Source: Caecitellus pseudoparvulus (taxonomy: Eukaryota > Protista > Bigyra: Bicosoecida). From it: DNA of 64,000 bases. The position numbers and the translations under genes are program-made. The notes below the pieces were generated by a model that was given only the letters and a program-made list of their open reading frames with translations, had not been told where the DNA came from and did not search any database. The stretch lies in the NCBI GenBank assembly GCA_965644315.1, contig CBFFRQ010000066.1, positions 248,001 through 312,000 on the forward strand, given 5' to 3'. Position 1 is the stretch's first letter. Each line of letters begins with the position of its first letter. Positions 11,892 through 24,924 of this stretch are shown one piece after another.

Positions 11892-14800
11892 ATGGTAGAC
11901 ACGGCAGGCGCGTGGGACCACAGCCCTTTTTCCAGCAGTGGTGGCAAGAGCGCTGCCAGCTCGCAAACTGATGTCAGCTTGTGCCGCTTTTGCCACGGAG
12001 AGGACACAGAAGACCAGCCGCTGCTGGCACCCTGTCGGTGCAATGGAAGTGTCAAGTACATTCACCAGCATTGTTTGGAAGCTTGGCAGCAACACTCAGG
12101 TTCAAGTGCCTGCAATTTGTAGGTCGCGTTTCACTCCCGTTTCGCTGTGCACCCAGCAGGCACGCACCACCCCTGCCCACAGATGTGGCTACGAGTTTCA
12201 GTTCCGGTCGTTGTACGACGAGGATGCACCCCAAAGCCTTCCATTTCTGCTTTGGGTGTCTGGATTGGCCTCTTTCGTCGTGGAGGGGCTGCCAGTCCTT
12301 CTGCGGGCGTGCATTCTCGCCATGGTGTGGCTGGTCCTCGTCCCGTTGATCTTCGCTTGGCTGCACCGCTCCTTCATGCACTGGTCCACGCCGTGGAACC
12401 GAGAATACGTGACTTGGACACAGTTTGTGCAGGACCCTGTGCCACTCGCATTGGACTGGCTCTGTGGCGCCGCCGTGCTGCTGTCGTCCATTATTGCTGC
12501 TCAAGTCTCGTCGGCGGTGCTCATGGAGTCCATGAGGCGGGCCACCCAAGTGAGACTCAGCATAAGCCGCCTACATGCTGCTTCCTCGGGCATGAGGGGC
12601 TGGTGGCATGGCGACATGGAGCAGCCGGTAGATCCCGAACCCCTCCCGGAAATCGATGCTGTGCCGTTGCCACCCGGGGATGCCGGCGACCCCATCGGGG
12701 CTGCCTGGGCAGCCGGCGAAGAAGGAGCAGCCCCCATCGGTGAAGGATTGCAGGGAAATGACCTAGATGGTGTAGGGGGTGGGGTGCAGGATGGGGGCAT
12801 GCAGGTGGGCGCCGAGTGGGAGCGCGAACAAGATGAGGCCATGGCAGCAGCAGCAGCGGCACAGGAAGAAGCCTGGGACGAGGATGCGCTGCAAGGTGAA
12901 GGCCCAGGGCTGTGGGAGTTTCTTGGTGTCGTAGGCGATCCGTTCGTGGCGGCTGTAAACGTCTGCAGCGCGGTGTTTGGCCTTGTACTGCTGATGGCTG
13001 CCTTCGTGTTCCTGCCCGGCACCATTGGCCGTGGCACGTTGGCTGCACTGCGGCATAAGTCAATTTGGCCACTGTGGTGGACCCCAGAGGTAGTATGGTG
13101 GAGCCGTGGCCTTGCCAACGGCATTCCCCTTCCTCAACATGGCCTGTGGACCCAGCAGCATGCGCTGTTGTCGCTGGGTACGGGCGCCCCTCACTCTCCC
13201 GCAGCGGCGCATCCCGTAAGCCACCTTGCTTGGCTTGCACCAGCAGGCATCCTTAGTTCACATGCTCAAGTTCCCCACATGACTGACCGTGTTTGGGAGT
13301 GGCCCCTCACCGCGGACGATACATATGAAGTGCTGCTTGGCTACGTGGTATTCGTGCTGCTCATCAGCTTCGCTGCAGCCGCTGACGAAGTATCCCGGTG
13401 GCTACTCTTGCTTTGGCGCCGGGTTCGGGCAGTGCAGCGTCGGGGTGCACAGGGAGCATGGGTGCTGTGTGGGCGGTGGGCAGGGCGGGACCCAGCTTCC
13501 CGTGAAGTGGAACGCTACGCAGTGGATGGCGAGTGGATGTTCTTTGGTGCCCTGTCAAGCTCCTCTCACATGACTGCTTCGGTGATGGTGTTTGCGAAAA
13601 TCTGCATTGTCTTTCTGACCCGAATCATGCTCCAGCCAGCCATCATCGGCTGCGTGTGCGACTTGCTACTGCAACCACTGCTTGGGCAGATGTACTCCCA
13701 CGTCATTGCTGAGATGATGGACGGCGCATTTATCGGGACTTTGTACAGGTGGGCTCTTGGGATGTTTGTCATGCTCATCGGGGTGACCATTCTCCTCACT
13801 GTCCGCGACCTGCTGCACCCTTCGTTGGCTGCACGCTTCCTCAGAGCATTTAACCCCACTGAGCAGGTCTTCGAGCCCATGGCCCGGTTGGATATGTCGA
13901 CACAGTGCTATTCTGCGTTGAATACGACGGCTTTTCTCATTGTCATGATGTGCATGTGCCTTGTTGTGCCTCTGTGGCTCACTGGGCAGAGCATTCTTAG
14001 CCCAGCCACAGACTCGCCGCTGGCTGTGCAGCACTCCGAAATGTGGCGACAGCTGCACCCAAATGCCACAGAGTGGCCGCAAGCCCAGGCTTGGGCTGCA
14101 CACCTGCCCAATACGACGGGCATGGGGTGGAACTGCTCGCGGTTGTGGGGGGACACACGCCGCCTTTTGCCGCCGCGCTTGACGCATGCTGTTGCGGGTG
14201 CACTCTCCTCTGACTGTGGAGGGGTGCTGGACGTTGCAGATGGCTTGAATGTTGGCCATTTGAAGGTGTCGCCTGCTCAGCAAATGCTGCTGGTGGGCGG
14301 ATCAGGACCAGCTCTGCAGTACATGGCAGCCATCACCCCGCTTTCGGAGCGAGCTGGGGGAAGGCCTGCTGACGCAGATCTCGTACGGGTGGTGCTGCGT
14401 GTGCACCGAGGAGATGTAGGGGGTGCAAGCCCAGGAATGTTGGGACAACGAGATCGGGGACAAGACGTGCCAACTGCTGCCGATGGGGACATGCTTGCCC
14501 AGCTCCATCTGAGGACAAGCACGAAGAATCTCCCGCTTGGCCCAGCGGGGCGGTTCCTCACTGCGACAGACAGGGCCCACTGGCATGCTTTCTCCCCGTG
14601 GCTGTGCCTAGGAGGGCTGGAAACCAACAGCTCCCAGCCGCAGCTGCGCCTCTGCCCCAGCCTGCCTGGCGTTGGTCCGCCCTCCGCGCCCGGGATGTCT
14701 GCGGTGCCAGTGGCGGCATTGCAAAGCGCAAACTTGACTCGATTGTTGGGTATTTTCCCGCCGCCTTCCACTTCAGTGGTGCGCAGCCCACAAGCGGAAG

Positions 14801-17800
14801 CAGCGTCCGCTGCTCATGTCGGCGCAGGGGGCGAAGTCCACACCACTGCAGCAGAGGCAGACCCACAAGTGGGCAAGTTCAACGGCTCAACGAGCCGCAG
14901 TGTCCAGCTAGCCTTCATGTCCAACATGATGCTACCAGGAGCAGATGTGGGCTACCACACCCCCCTTGCGCGTCTTCCTGCTGCGGCTCAAGCCTCCACA
15001 CAGCGCCTACTCCTTCAGCTTAGCCGCCTTCCGACGCCAAGTCATGCCACCGTGCCTTCGACGAAGTCTCATGATGTGTACGTAAACGACAGCAGTCCTG
15101 CAAACGTTGGCGAAGGAGGCGGTTCTGGACGGGGTAAGGTGCCGCTGCTCGCAGAGGAAGCCATTGCCTCCCTCGAGCAGCTCAGCACGGATGCTGACGA
15201 GGCAGGACTTGCAGCTCTCGTTGCTGATTTACAGGCGCTGCATGCTGCCCTCGGCGCTACACACCGCCGTTGGAGCGCCTCTGCGGGTCAAGTGCCGTTG
15301 ACACTGGGAGACGTCGTGGACGTTGCCACGCGAGTGCAGCATGCTGCTCCTGTGCTGGGCTCCGTGTGGCACAGCTTGCGGGTTTACCGCGACGTGCTTG
15401 TGAGGAGTGGAGCAGGTGCAACGGAAGGCAACAGCGCCCAGGAGCAGGGGCACTTGTCACAGCCTGGTAGAAACGAGAGCAACAGCAGTTTTGTTGGTAG
15501 CATTTTCTCTACCGCCACGCGCTCTCTCGCGATGTTCACAGCGCCCCTCGAATCCGCAGTGAACTCGACCCTCGACCGACCCTTCAAGTTTCTGGTCGAC
15601 TCTGCTATGGCTTCCGAACCCCACGCAGACACGCTAGCAGAGGCAAGCCGCTGGCACCTCGACAACGCCTCTGCAGCCGCCACACCCTTACGCGCTCGTG
15701 GCGCCGTGTTGTTGAATGCCACAGTTCCCCTTGGTTCAGCCTGGGCTGGCATTGAGCTGGCACTGCGGCGCGCACTTGCTTTCTGTGGTACACGGCCGAG
15801 TGATGCGTGCATTGAAAGCCTCCTCGCCGAAGCAAATGTGACGAGCCCCTCCCATGCCAGCCCATCTCAGCGACCCCATGCGGTGTTCCGTGTTGTTGGG
15901 AGTGTGTGGGGCCAGTTTCCCCCGGGACACCTTCCGTACGTGTCCAGCACGCGGGTCAAGCATCTGCATCCTAGCAACACTGTCGGGTGGACAGGACCAG
16001 CGGATCGGAATCCCTTCGTCGCCAAGGCTTGGTGGAATTGGATCTGGCCTTGGCTCGGGCAAGTTCCTACCATGTACTTGAACACCACCCGCTCGCTGCA
16101 CACTCAAACTCGCCAAGGGTGCAGGTGGGTCGCGAAGGAGGCAGGTCTCCCAGCCACTGGCTGTGATTGGGCAGCATCAGCCCTGGCCTGGGCAGTGTGG
16201 CCGCTCGCTGGGATCCCGTTGACATCCCTGCGCCTCGCGGCGCGACTTGTCCTCGCACACACGCCGCGCCCTCTCCTGTTCGTTGCAGCATACCACTACC
16301 TGCCTCTGCATAAAATAGCTGACTTGCTTGTTGCAGAGGTGGGACTCACATTGCTCATGGAGCCGTTTCGCACCCTGCTGTGGTGGTGGGCCGTGCTGTG
16401 GATCACCACAGTTGCAAAGGCTCTTGGGCTCACAGAGTGGGTCATGCCGATCCCCGATCAAGTGCACATTTTGCGGCGGTCCTCTACACCTGACAGGGCT
16501 CGCTCTGCAACCCAGCCGCTCGAAGGTGGCGACCCGCCACCTGCATGGCTGCATGCTGTCCTATCGGGGTATGAGCTCCCCGCGTTGAGCCTGCCTAGGC
16601 GCCAGCTGCAGGCCCTCGCAAGGGCTGAGGCACGGCAGGCCACGCCTCGTGCCAGCCGCTGCGCCATCATCGCTGAGCGGGACGGCGACAGGGACGAGGG
16701 CACCCCACACCAAGTCGTGGAGGGCGCTCTGCACGCGCCGGACATGGTCGTTTCACACCGAATGAGCCTGCACTTTCTGCACATTCCAGATGGTAGTCGC
16801 CTCGTGGGGCTTGGTATTCCCTCACCATCAGTACCTTCCTTCGTCAAGTGGAGTGAGGCATGCTTTTTTGTGTCTGCAGGCGATGTTGACGTTCTTGACT
16901 ACTTAAAACAGTTGCAAGAGGACTCCCTGCGCACAGAGGCGGTGGCTGCACAAGTCATGGAGGTGGCAGAAGCCGAGGAAGCAAGAGCGACGTTCCGCAG
17001 ATTCACGCTCGGGGGGACGATCTGGGAGCCTCAGCACATGGCCCGGGCACGCCAGCGACGCCGCCTTCGCCAAGCCATGATACGAGAGAGTGTCCTTGAT
17101 GCTTTCCCACAAGATGAACAGCCGGAGGCCGGCGAAGTTCACATGGCCCGGGTCCGCCGAGGCCTTCGTGCGCTTGATGCGACCCGTGTGGGTAGCTGCC
17201 TGCGTGGCGGGCATTCGAGAGTAGCGCACCTTGTGGAAAGTGGCGTGCAGCCTCAGCTTCGGTCTCAAGCCGACGCAAGTGCGCCTGAGCTGCGCGTGCT
17301 CCCTGATGAGCTGCGTTTCAGTAGGGTCAGCGTCCACCCCAGGTATGTAGAGGGACCACACGATGAGATCGAAAATGCCAGCTCTCGAGTCCAGCAGGCC
17401 CTTGCCCTGCTGAACAAGGCCTCCGTGCTGTTGATTCGCCTGCCTCTCTTGGCAGCTTTAGCATTGGGTATGCTGTGGATTGGAGTGCTGTGGTTGCTCA
17501 ACACCTGCTTTGCCCTGGGACGGGTGGGTTTCATCATCATGGACATCCCGCCGCAGTACCTCCATGACCCATACTCTGTGTTTTTTGGCGGTTTCATTCT
17601 GTTTTCGCTGCTGGAGTGGGCGTTTCTGGGGGTCTTGGGGTGCGTGAATGTGCTGGGGTCCCTCGTGAGAGTGCTGAGCTTTGATGCTTTGCGAGGCTAC
17701 ACCGGCTTGCAAGGGGCAGCGACTCGACTGGGGGCACTTGCCGTTTCGTCATTATTGACTAAGGTGCACTGGCTGGCAGTGACGGTGACCGCAGCGTTTC

Positions 17801-19596
17801 GTGGAGATGTGCGTGTGCCGCGAGTTACATCATGTGGCCGTTTGGTGCGCACAGTTGGAGTGGTACTGATCCTTCTCATCTGCGTTCCCTGGAGCTTGGG
17901 GGATTTCTTCATCACTCTCCGAGACCCGCTGCGCATGGGCGTCCCAGGACATGCAGACCAAGTGGCATGTACCCTCGAAGGCGTTGGCCACCTCTTCCAG
18001 CAAGCGCAAGCAGACCTGGACACTGCCCACTCGATTTGCAGCGCAGGTCGAGCTTCAGACGGTGAGGTCCTCCCAACTCACAACCTGAGTGCCACATGCA
18101 GCTCTCGAATGGCCGATCAGGTCTGGATTGCGTCTCACTTTGCAGAAGGCTGGGCCGTGGGTGAACCGGCTGAGGAGCAGTCGCAGCTTCCGACTATCCT
18201 GCAGAAACTAGATGCCTTACATGCTGCCCCTTCTTTGCAGGAGTGGCTGCTTGCGGTGGACCAAACTTTGGATGCTTTGGTGGCGACGATTCGGCACGCC
18301 TTCCACTCCAGCCCGCGCCTGATGTCACTGCCGGGTTTGCACGCACAGCTGCATCATTCGGCTGCGACGGGTGTTTCCCCCTGGGTGGTGAAGGTCTCAC
18401 CGAACGCCACACGTGATGGCATTTTGAAGCGGCAACAGGCTTGGGCAGCTCGCCAGCAGCAAGAGCTGCATGCAAGCTTGCGCGCCTGCCGCTCACGCAA
18501 CGACAGCGCAACCCGCGCTGACCGCGACTGGCTCGGCGAGACGGTATCAGTGGTCACTGGAGGGCTCACGGACCTGCAAAGCGTGGGACTGTCCTTGATT
18601 CTGTCTGGCGGCAGTCGTGGTGCATGGCTCCTGTGGATCGTTGGGGTGACGGCGCTGGCCATTGCCAACCAAGGCATGTGGATGGGTTGCTGTGGACCGA
18701 GGGGCCAAGGCACACCTCAGCGCATCGCCAATGCTGTGCTGCGGGGGCGCTCCCTATACCTTCTGCACACGGTGCTCATTCCCACAGTGACTGCGCTGTC
18801 ACTTGGGCATTTGTTGCTGGCTGGCACCACTGCTGCGTTCCGCTTTTGGGCAAAGCCAGTGTTTTTGGAGCCAGACCTGGGTGCCTGGTGCCGGTTTGCC
18901 ATGCACGAGGACTTCTGGCAGAACGCCTCCACGTCCCACTCAGTTCTGGCTGCAGGGGTGGGCACCTTTCCGCAAGCACCCAGTGTAGCAGCCCGCTTTG
19001 GAGGAGCCACTAGGCATGACCCTCAAAACCTCCCCCTCACACCAGGCATGCACCTGCCTCAAGCTGTTCTGTCGCCTCTCGCTGCAAGGGGGGGCAATGT
19101 CTGGGACACTTCCACACTGGTCCCTCATGTTATCTCAACAGCGATAGACCCTGCTACACCTGTCCCGGACATGCCCTTGATGGATGTGTTGGCGCCAGGG
19201 TTGCCGCGTGGCTTGTGGCCTCACCCACTGTCAGGCCGGGCTGAGCACGCGTGGGGCGCAGCTCTGCGAAACGTGTCAGCACACCCTGCCGCTGTCGCAG
19301 CTCTCTGCTTCAGCCACTGGAACCACGCCCTGAGCTGGAAGGACGCAGCAGGTGGGACCCAGGTGCAGAGCGGTGTCTGGCTCGACCCCATTGAGGCTGT
19401 GCTCCTGGCGCGGCGTGCGTACGCCTGGTGGCCGGCCGTCGCGCTGCTGGCCGTCATTCTCGTTTCCATCATATCACCATTCATTACACACCTGCACAAG
19501 GTGCTGTATGATCGACAGTATACACGGCAGCGGCAGTTGTTGGAGCTGCACGAGTCCCAGCGGCAAGCCCCTGCCACGTTTGACGAGCACGGGTAG
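11892..19596 (+). CDS. RING-CH (RINGv) multi-pass E3 ubiquitin ligase, MARCH6/Doa10/SUD1-like, ~2550 aa
   Basis: CRFCHGE..PLLAPCRCNGSVKYIHQHCLEAW..CNL|CGYEFQF (intron 12119-12182). It is followed by WLVLVPL, the WEFLGVVG..FVFLPGTIGR segment, many TMs, HDPY, and a C-terminal YDRQY..RQLLEL resembling the Doa10 C-terminal element. Confidence 0.85.
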
Positions 19597-19857
19597 CAAG
19601 GGCAAGGAAAATGCATGATACATTCATGACGTTCCGGCCAATCCACATAGCGTGCAGTACTCTGGGCAGCACCTGGAGTCTGTGCTGCATACTTTCTGGC
19701 GCAAACTGCTCTCCGCTACACCAGTGCAGCGCACATTCCGGCCCAGCTTGCTGTCGGGTACCCTCGTGCTACCCACCCCGGCCCCTCCGCAGCCTTGGGA
19801 AAGGGTGGTGTGTGCCGTGAGGCCCTGTCGATATTCCAGAGCTGCTGAGCTTCAGTG

Positions 19858-22720
19858 ATGCTTCCAACAACTCGGCCAGGCTCGCCTGTACGGCGCAAGG
19901 GCAAAGGCGGGGGTAGGTGCAGTTCACATGCACGCCACGTGACAGCGCCCCGACATGTGCTGCGGCCCCTTCGCGCGGTGCGCAGACAACACTCTGCTGT
20001 ACTTCGTCTTGCTTGCTGCTTGCCTGTTCGTTGCTGGCATCATTTTCGGGATGAGTGTTCTAGAGACTGAGGCAGGGGAGACTGAAAACTCAGCACTGGC
20101 GTCGCTGGTTCGCACATCGTCCCGCCTCCGCCAGCGCATTGTTGCTGAGGAGCATGGCATGCAGGATGTCTTGCGCCCCCCTTCTGCCGGACAATTTGAT
20201 GGCGTTCACCGAGGAGGCCAGGGTGGCCAGCAGGTCCTCCCTTCCCCTGCGGCGCCCCAGCCTGCCCAGCCTGCCAGCTCGCAAGCGCCGCCTGCCCTTG
20301 AGCCGGCACCGCAGACGCAGCCAGTGACGGCATCCCCGCCGGATCTGCACATGACTTTTCATGGAAGCACCACGCAGGCATTGCGCTTTGACCCTGCTGC
20401 GGATTCCGCTGATGTCTCCTTTGGCGTGTGGATTTACCTGCCGTCCGCCACATTCGCAAACCAGCGCACCATCAAGACGCTTGCCTCCACCCGGGCCGCC
20501 GGGTGCTTTGACGACGTAGAGCACAACGGCTACACATTCTATGTCAACGAGTGGGAGACTGCTAATCGCCAGTTGCGTCTGGAGTGGAGCTCGTCCAACC
20601 CTGCCGGCTGTGTCGTTCTGGCATCTGATGCAGGGGCCGTGCCCCTGGACAAGTGGGTGCACGTCGCGTTCGCGTTTGAAGCGGGGACTGCCCAGCGCGC
20701 GATGCTGTTCATCGACGGGCAGCTTGTGAAGCAAACCGACGCGAAGGGTCGCCATGTTCAGCAGGGCTCCACAGGCCTGCACATTGGCCAGACCACTGAC
20801 GGGCAGTACCCCTTTGCGGGGCGCATGGCTTATGCGTTTCTGACGAAGACCGTCATTTCCCCGACGCAGCTGCAGCATGCGATGAGCCACACGACTTTGG
20901 CCGGCTTCAAAGACCTGACCAAGATGGCGGCGAAGCAGCTTACTGCAGCCTTGGTCTTTGCAGACTCCGGCGTGCCAGGGGCCAGCAAGGCGGGCCTGAA
21001 GGTGGTGGAGTTGACGAACTCCCTCAAGGCAGCCTCCAACGGAGCAGGTGCAGGTGGAGCTGTGCCCATGGGCAACATGGATCCCATTGAAGTGCAGGCA
21101 GCAAAAGGGGACAGCTCCCCAGCCGTGCAGGGTGGGCCTTACACACCCGTCCCCGTGGAAAACTTGAAGGGTGCCGACAACTTTGACTTTTCGTCAGGGG
21201 GCAACCAGTGGCTGCCTAGGCTGCTGAAGTTGGACCAAGAACTGGTCACTGGCACTGTTCAGGACAAGGCGTCCCTGGCAGCGGGCTCTTTCGACGACAG
21301 CGTGAGTGCGGAGGAAATGGCTGCTTCCGATGCGGCAGCCCGCCCTCGGGCAGCTGAAGTTCGCGAAGCCATGGAGTTCGTGTGGAAGGGCTACAAGGAG
21401 AAGGCTTGGGGTGCCGACGAGCTGAAGCCCAAGAGCGGCTCCCGAGTGAACAATTGGGGAGGCATGGGCATGACCCTCATCGACGCCCTTGACACGCTGT
21501 GGCTCATGGGCATGCGAGACGAGTTCAACGACGCTGTGGCCTGGATCAAGGAGCACCTGTCTTTTGACGCCCAGCGACCCGTCAGCGTGTTTGAGACCAC
21601 CATCCGCGCGCTGGGCGGCCTGCTCTCGGCGTACGACCTGTCAGGGGAGCGCGTCTTGCTCGAGAAGGCGCAGGACCTGGGTGACCGCCTGCTGCCTGCA
21701 TTCAACACCCCCACTGGTATCCCCAAGGGGCAAGTAAACCTGCACTCTGGCGCGGCTGCGTCCCTGGGCTGGACGGGCTCCTCATCTGTGCTTGCTGAGC
21801 TGGGCACGCTGCAGGTGGAGTTCCGCTTCCTCTCCCGTGCAACAGGGGACCCCAAGTACGCCAGGGCTGTGGAGCGAGTGATGGAGCACATGGCCACCTT
21901 GAAGCCAGCTGATGGCTTGTTTCCAGTGTACGTGTCGCCACAGACGGGGCAGCCAAGCTCGCGCCAGGTTACGTTCGGCGCCTTGGGCGATTCCTTCTAC
22001 GAGTACCTGGTGAAGGTGTGGATTCAAGGGGGTAAGCAGGAGGGCATGTACCGATCCATGTATGACACAGCCATGAACGGCATGACAGGAAAGATGCTGC
22101 AGAAGAGCTCCCCCAGCAAGCTCATGTACGTCGCCGAGTGGAATGGGAACAGCCCCATCCACAAGATGGACCACCTGGCGTGCTTTGTGCCTGGCATGCT
22201 CGCCTTGGGAGCCTACACGGCAGCAAATGGCGCCGGGTCAGGAACCTCCAACGTGCAGCGAGACTTGCAGAACGCCAAGGCGCTGGCGTACACGTGCCAC
22301 CAGATGTATGACCGCCAGGCAACGGGGCTGAGCCCAGAGTTTGTGGAGTTCAAGGCAGGTCAAGACCTTGTGGTGCCGCCTCGTGGGCCGTGGTACCTGC
22401 TGCGCCCCGAGGCTGCCGAGTCCATGTTCATCCTCCATCAGTTGACTGGGAACCCCATCTACAGAGAGTGGGGGTGGAAGATGTTCACTGCCATCCGGGA
22501 CTTTACCAAGACCACGTATGGCTTCGGGCAGCACCCTGACGTGCGCGACACCGGCCGCCAGCCAGATGACAAGATGGAGAGCTTTTTCTTGGCCGAGACG
22601 CTGAAGTACTTGTACCTCCTGCAGGCCCCCGACCACCCCATCAAGCTGACAGAGTTCGTGTTCAACACGGAGGCGCATCCAACGCGCGTCTTCTCGAAGC
22701 CAGCGGGTAGGCGTGTGTGA
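19858..22720 (+). CDS. Class I alpha-1,2-mannosidase (GH47), type II membrane protein with an inserted LamG/ConA-like domain
   Basis: Exon 1 MLPTTRPGSPVRRKGKGG splices to the TM segment. LamG motifs: VSFGVWIY, PLDKWVHVAF, LFIDGQ, LHIG..FAGRM. GH47 motifs: AWGADELKP, DALDTL, VFETTIR, GALGDSFYEY, HLACF, LRPE, ESFFLAETLKY, NTEAHP. Confidence 0.95.
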
Positions 22721-23078
22721 GGTGACAGGCACGCTTGCATTCAATGCAGAGGGGCAAGGCGCCTTTGGCCACGTCATACACAAAAGGCTGCTGTGCTGCA
22801 GGCTCGCCCACAAGGCGCTCTCTGCGCCTGGTGAGCGGCGACCTGCGCTGCATCTCACAGCCGAAGCCCACGCGACAACCCCCGTGGAAGCGCGGGCCAT
22901 GGCCGGAATGAAAGAGGAAGGAACGCACATGCAAGTCCCCGGGAATGCCCGCATGCACGTAGTTGACTGATACAAATGGGGGCGGTCTGCCTGGACTCCA
23001 GCGCGCCGGACGCTAATCGTCGCTGGACGCCCTGGAGCCAAGCAGGCTTCCCCACCTACTGCGTGGAGGTTGAAGAAG

Positions 23079-24219
23079 CTAACCAGAGTACAGGAGCTGG
23101 ATGGTGAGCATGAGATCCAAGTGGCCCTTGTGGTTTACCACTTCGTCGAAGCAAGAGGCCACCAGGTCCAGCTGGCGCTTCAATTGCTGCGGAAGGGGCG
23201 CAGGAGGAGGAAGCAAGTGCAGTGCACCTGGCAGGCGCTGACGCTGCCAATCAAGAGGGGCTCACCTCAATGGTGGGGCGCTCAACAAGCTTGACAGACT
23301 TGGCCAGGACAGACGAATGGCCAGCGGTCACCTGCGGCATGACACGGATGCGATGGGGTCACGTCGGATGCAAGAAGGGCAGGTTGAACCCGAGCTGTCG
23401 AGAGGCGGCTTGAGGGACGGGCTGCGCGGGGCCGCTCCTCACCTTCCGCAGGGCTGCACGCTCATGCACAGAGTCCCCCAAACTGATGATGTTCTTGGGG
23501 GTCCCGTGGACAGACTTGGCGAAGGCCAGGGACAGCTCCTGACTGAAAGCGGCGACCTGCGGGAGTGCAGAGAAACGCCGGCACGTGGCAACCCGAATCG
23601 GCGCGCTGGGCAGATTGACCCCGCCGCAGCAGCTCATACGCGGCAGGTTTGTTGAGAAGCACAACTCACCTTCCACTGGCTTGGCTCTGCGTACATGCTC
23701 TCGAACGTGGAGCGGGCAGAGATGACGCGGACATTCATCAACAGCGGCAGCAGAGACGGCATGAACTTCTTGGCAGAGAGCTCCACCCAGCCAGTCTCGG
23801 CGTTCGTGATGATGATCACCTCCCCGTACTGCATGGCCAGCTTCAGCAGGTTTGCTGCACTCTCCGCCAGCAGCCCGAGCTGCTCCTGAGCCTCCTTTGG
23901 CACCGGCTCAGTTCCATCCAGGCGCAAGCCGTTCTGGGCAAGCCACGAGCTGGCCAAAAGTGTGTCATCGTAGTCCAAAACAATGCCTGTGGAGGGTGCA
24001 CAGGCCGCGTCCCGCGTGCTCGACGCTGTTCGACGTGCGTTTCACGGGCACACGCCGCATTTCTCGGCAACGCGGCCACAAGCCACAGCAACACGCACAG
24101 GTCTGTGCCGCAGCCGCGGCTGCAGCAGGTGGCACCATGGGTACAGCTGCAGCTGCTGCTGCCGATGCCGTGGAGGAGGCGTCGCTGGTGGGCGTCAGAG
24201 ACTGCCCCTTGTCAGCCAT
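23079..24219 (-). CDS. HAD-superfamily phosphatase-like protein (protist family, multi-exon)
   Basis: Motif I IVLDYDDTLL, IITNAETGWV, VISARS, and motif IV-like IISLGDSVHER, then KSVKLVERP. It ends ..HLDLMLTIQLLYSG*; four GT-AG introns. Confidence 0.8.
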
Positions 24220-24924
24220 GGCTGAGGAAACGGGTTCTGCACTGGTACTCTTCTTCTACTACTCCACACAGCGCTGGTGCGCTGTCGTCTGGGGGGAATC
24301 ACTGGCCAAGCACGATCATTGTATCAAGTCTGTCTCACGGCACACACACGGAGTGGATGGGGTCAAAGGGCGGGGTTCCTTCGCTCTCTCAAACTTGACC
24401 CTGCCGCGAAACAGCGCTCCCTGCGGCAGTGCACCTGGTGAGGGCCCCTGCACACCCCTCCGCGCACACACGCAGCCTCCGACGCCGCCACCGGCTCTGC
24501 CTGCGAAGGGCGCAGGCAGTGCCAGACCCACGACATACTTACGCAGCCCAGACCAAGTTTGCACTTCCACCCCTGTGGCAGCACCTGCCTGCTGCCTCTC
24601 CTGCACACCGGCCACCTGGGCGGAAACGGCACCAGCACAGCTCTGTCCTCACTGACGCCATCAGTGCCCCACACCTGACTGGTTGACACACAGTGAGTAC
24701 TTGCATGTGGCTACTTGTGCCCCGTTCGTCCTGAGTGGAGGACGTCGCTGGCACATGTGCTGCACGTTCGTCGTGGAGGTGCCTTCTGGTGTGGGCAAGC
24801 CGCGCGGGTGATGTGCGCAGGCTTTGTGTGGCCGCCTCCCGCCTGTGCAACCACCCTCCGTGGGCAAGTGACGAGCCCTGCACTGTATCGTGTGCGATCT
24901 GCTCGCTGCAGAGTCGACGAAACG

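Noticed and set aside
2659-22720. Apparent ER quality-control cluster (PIG-W, Sel1 repeats, MARCH6, GH47)
   Set aside because: The Sel1 protein lacks the signal peptide and TM of SEL1L/Hrd3, unrelated genes are interspersed, and such neighbours are expected by chance in a dense genome.
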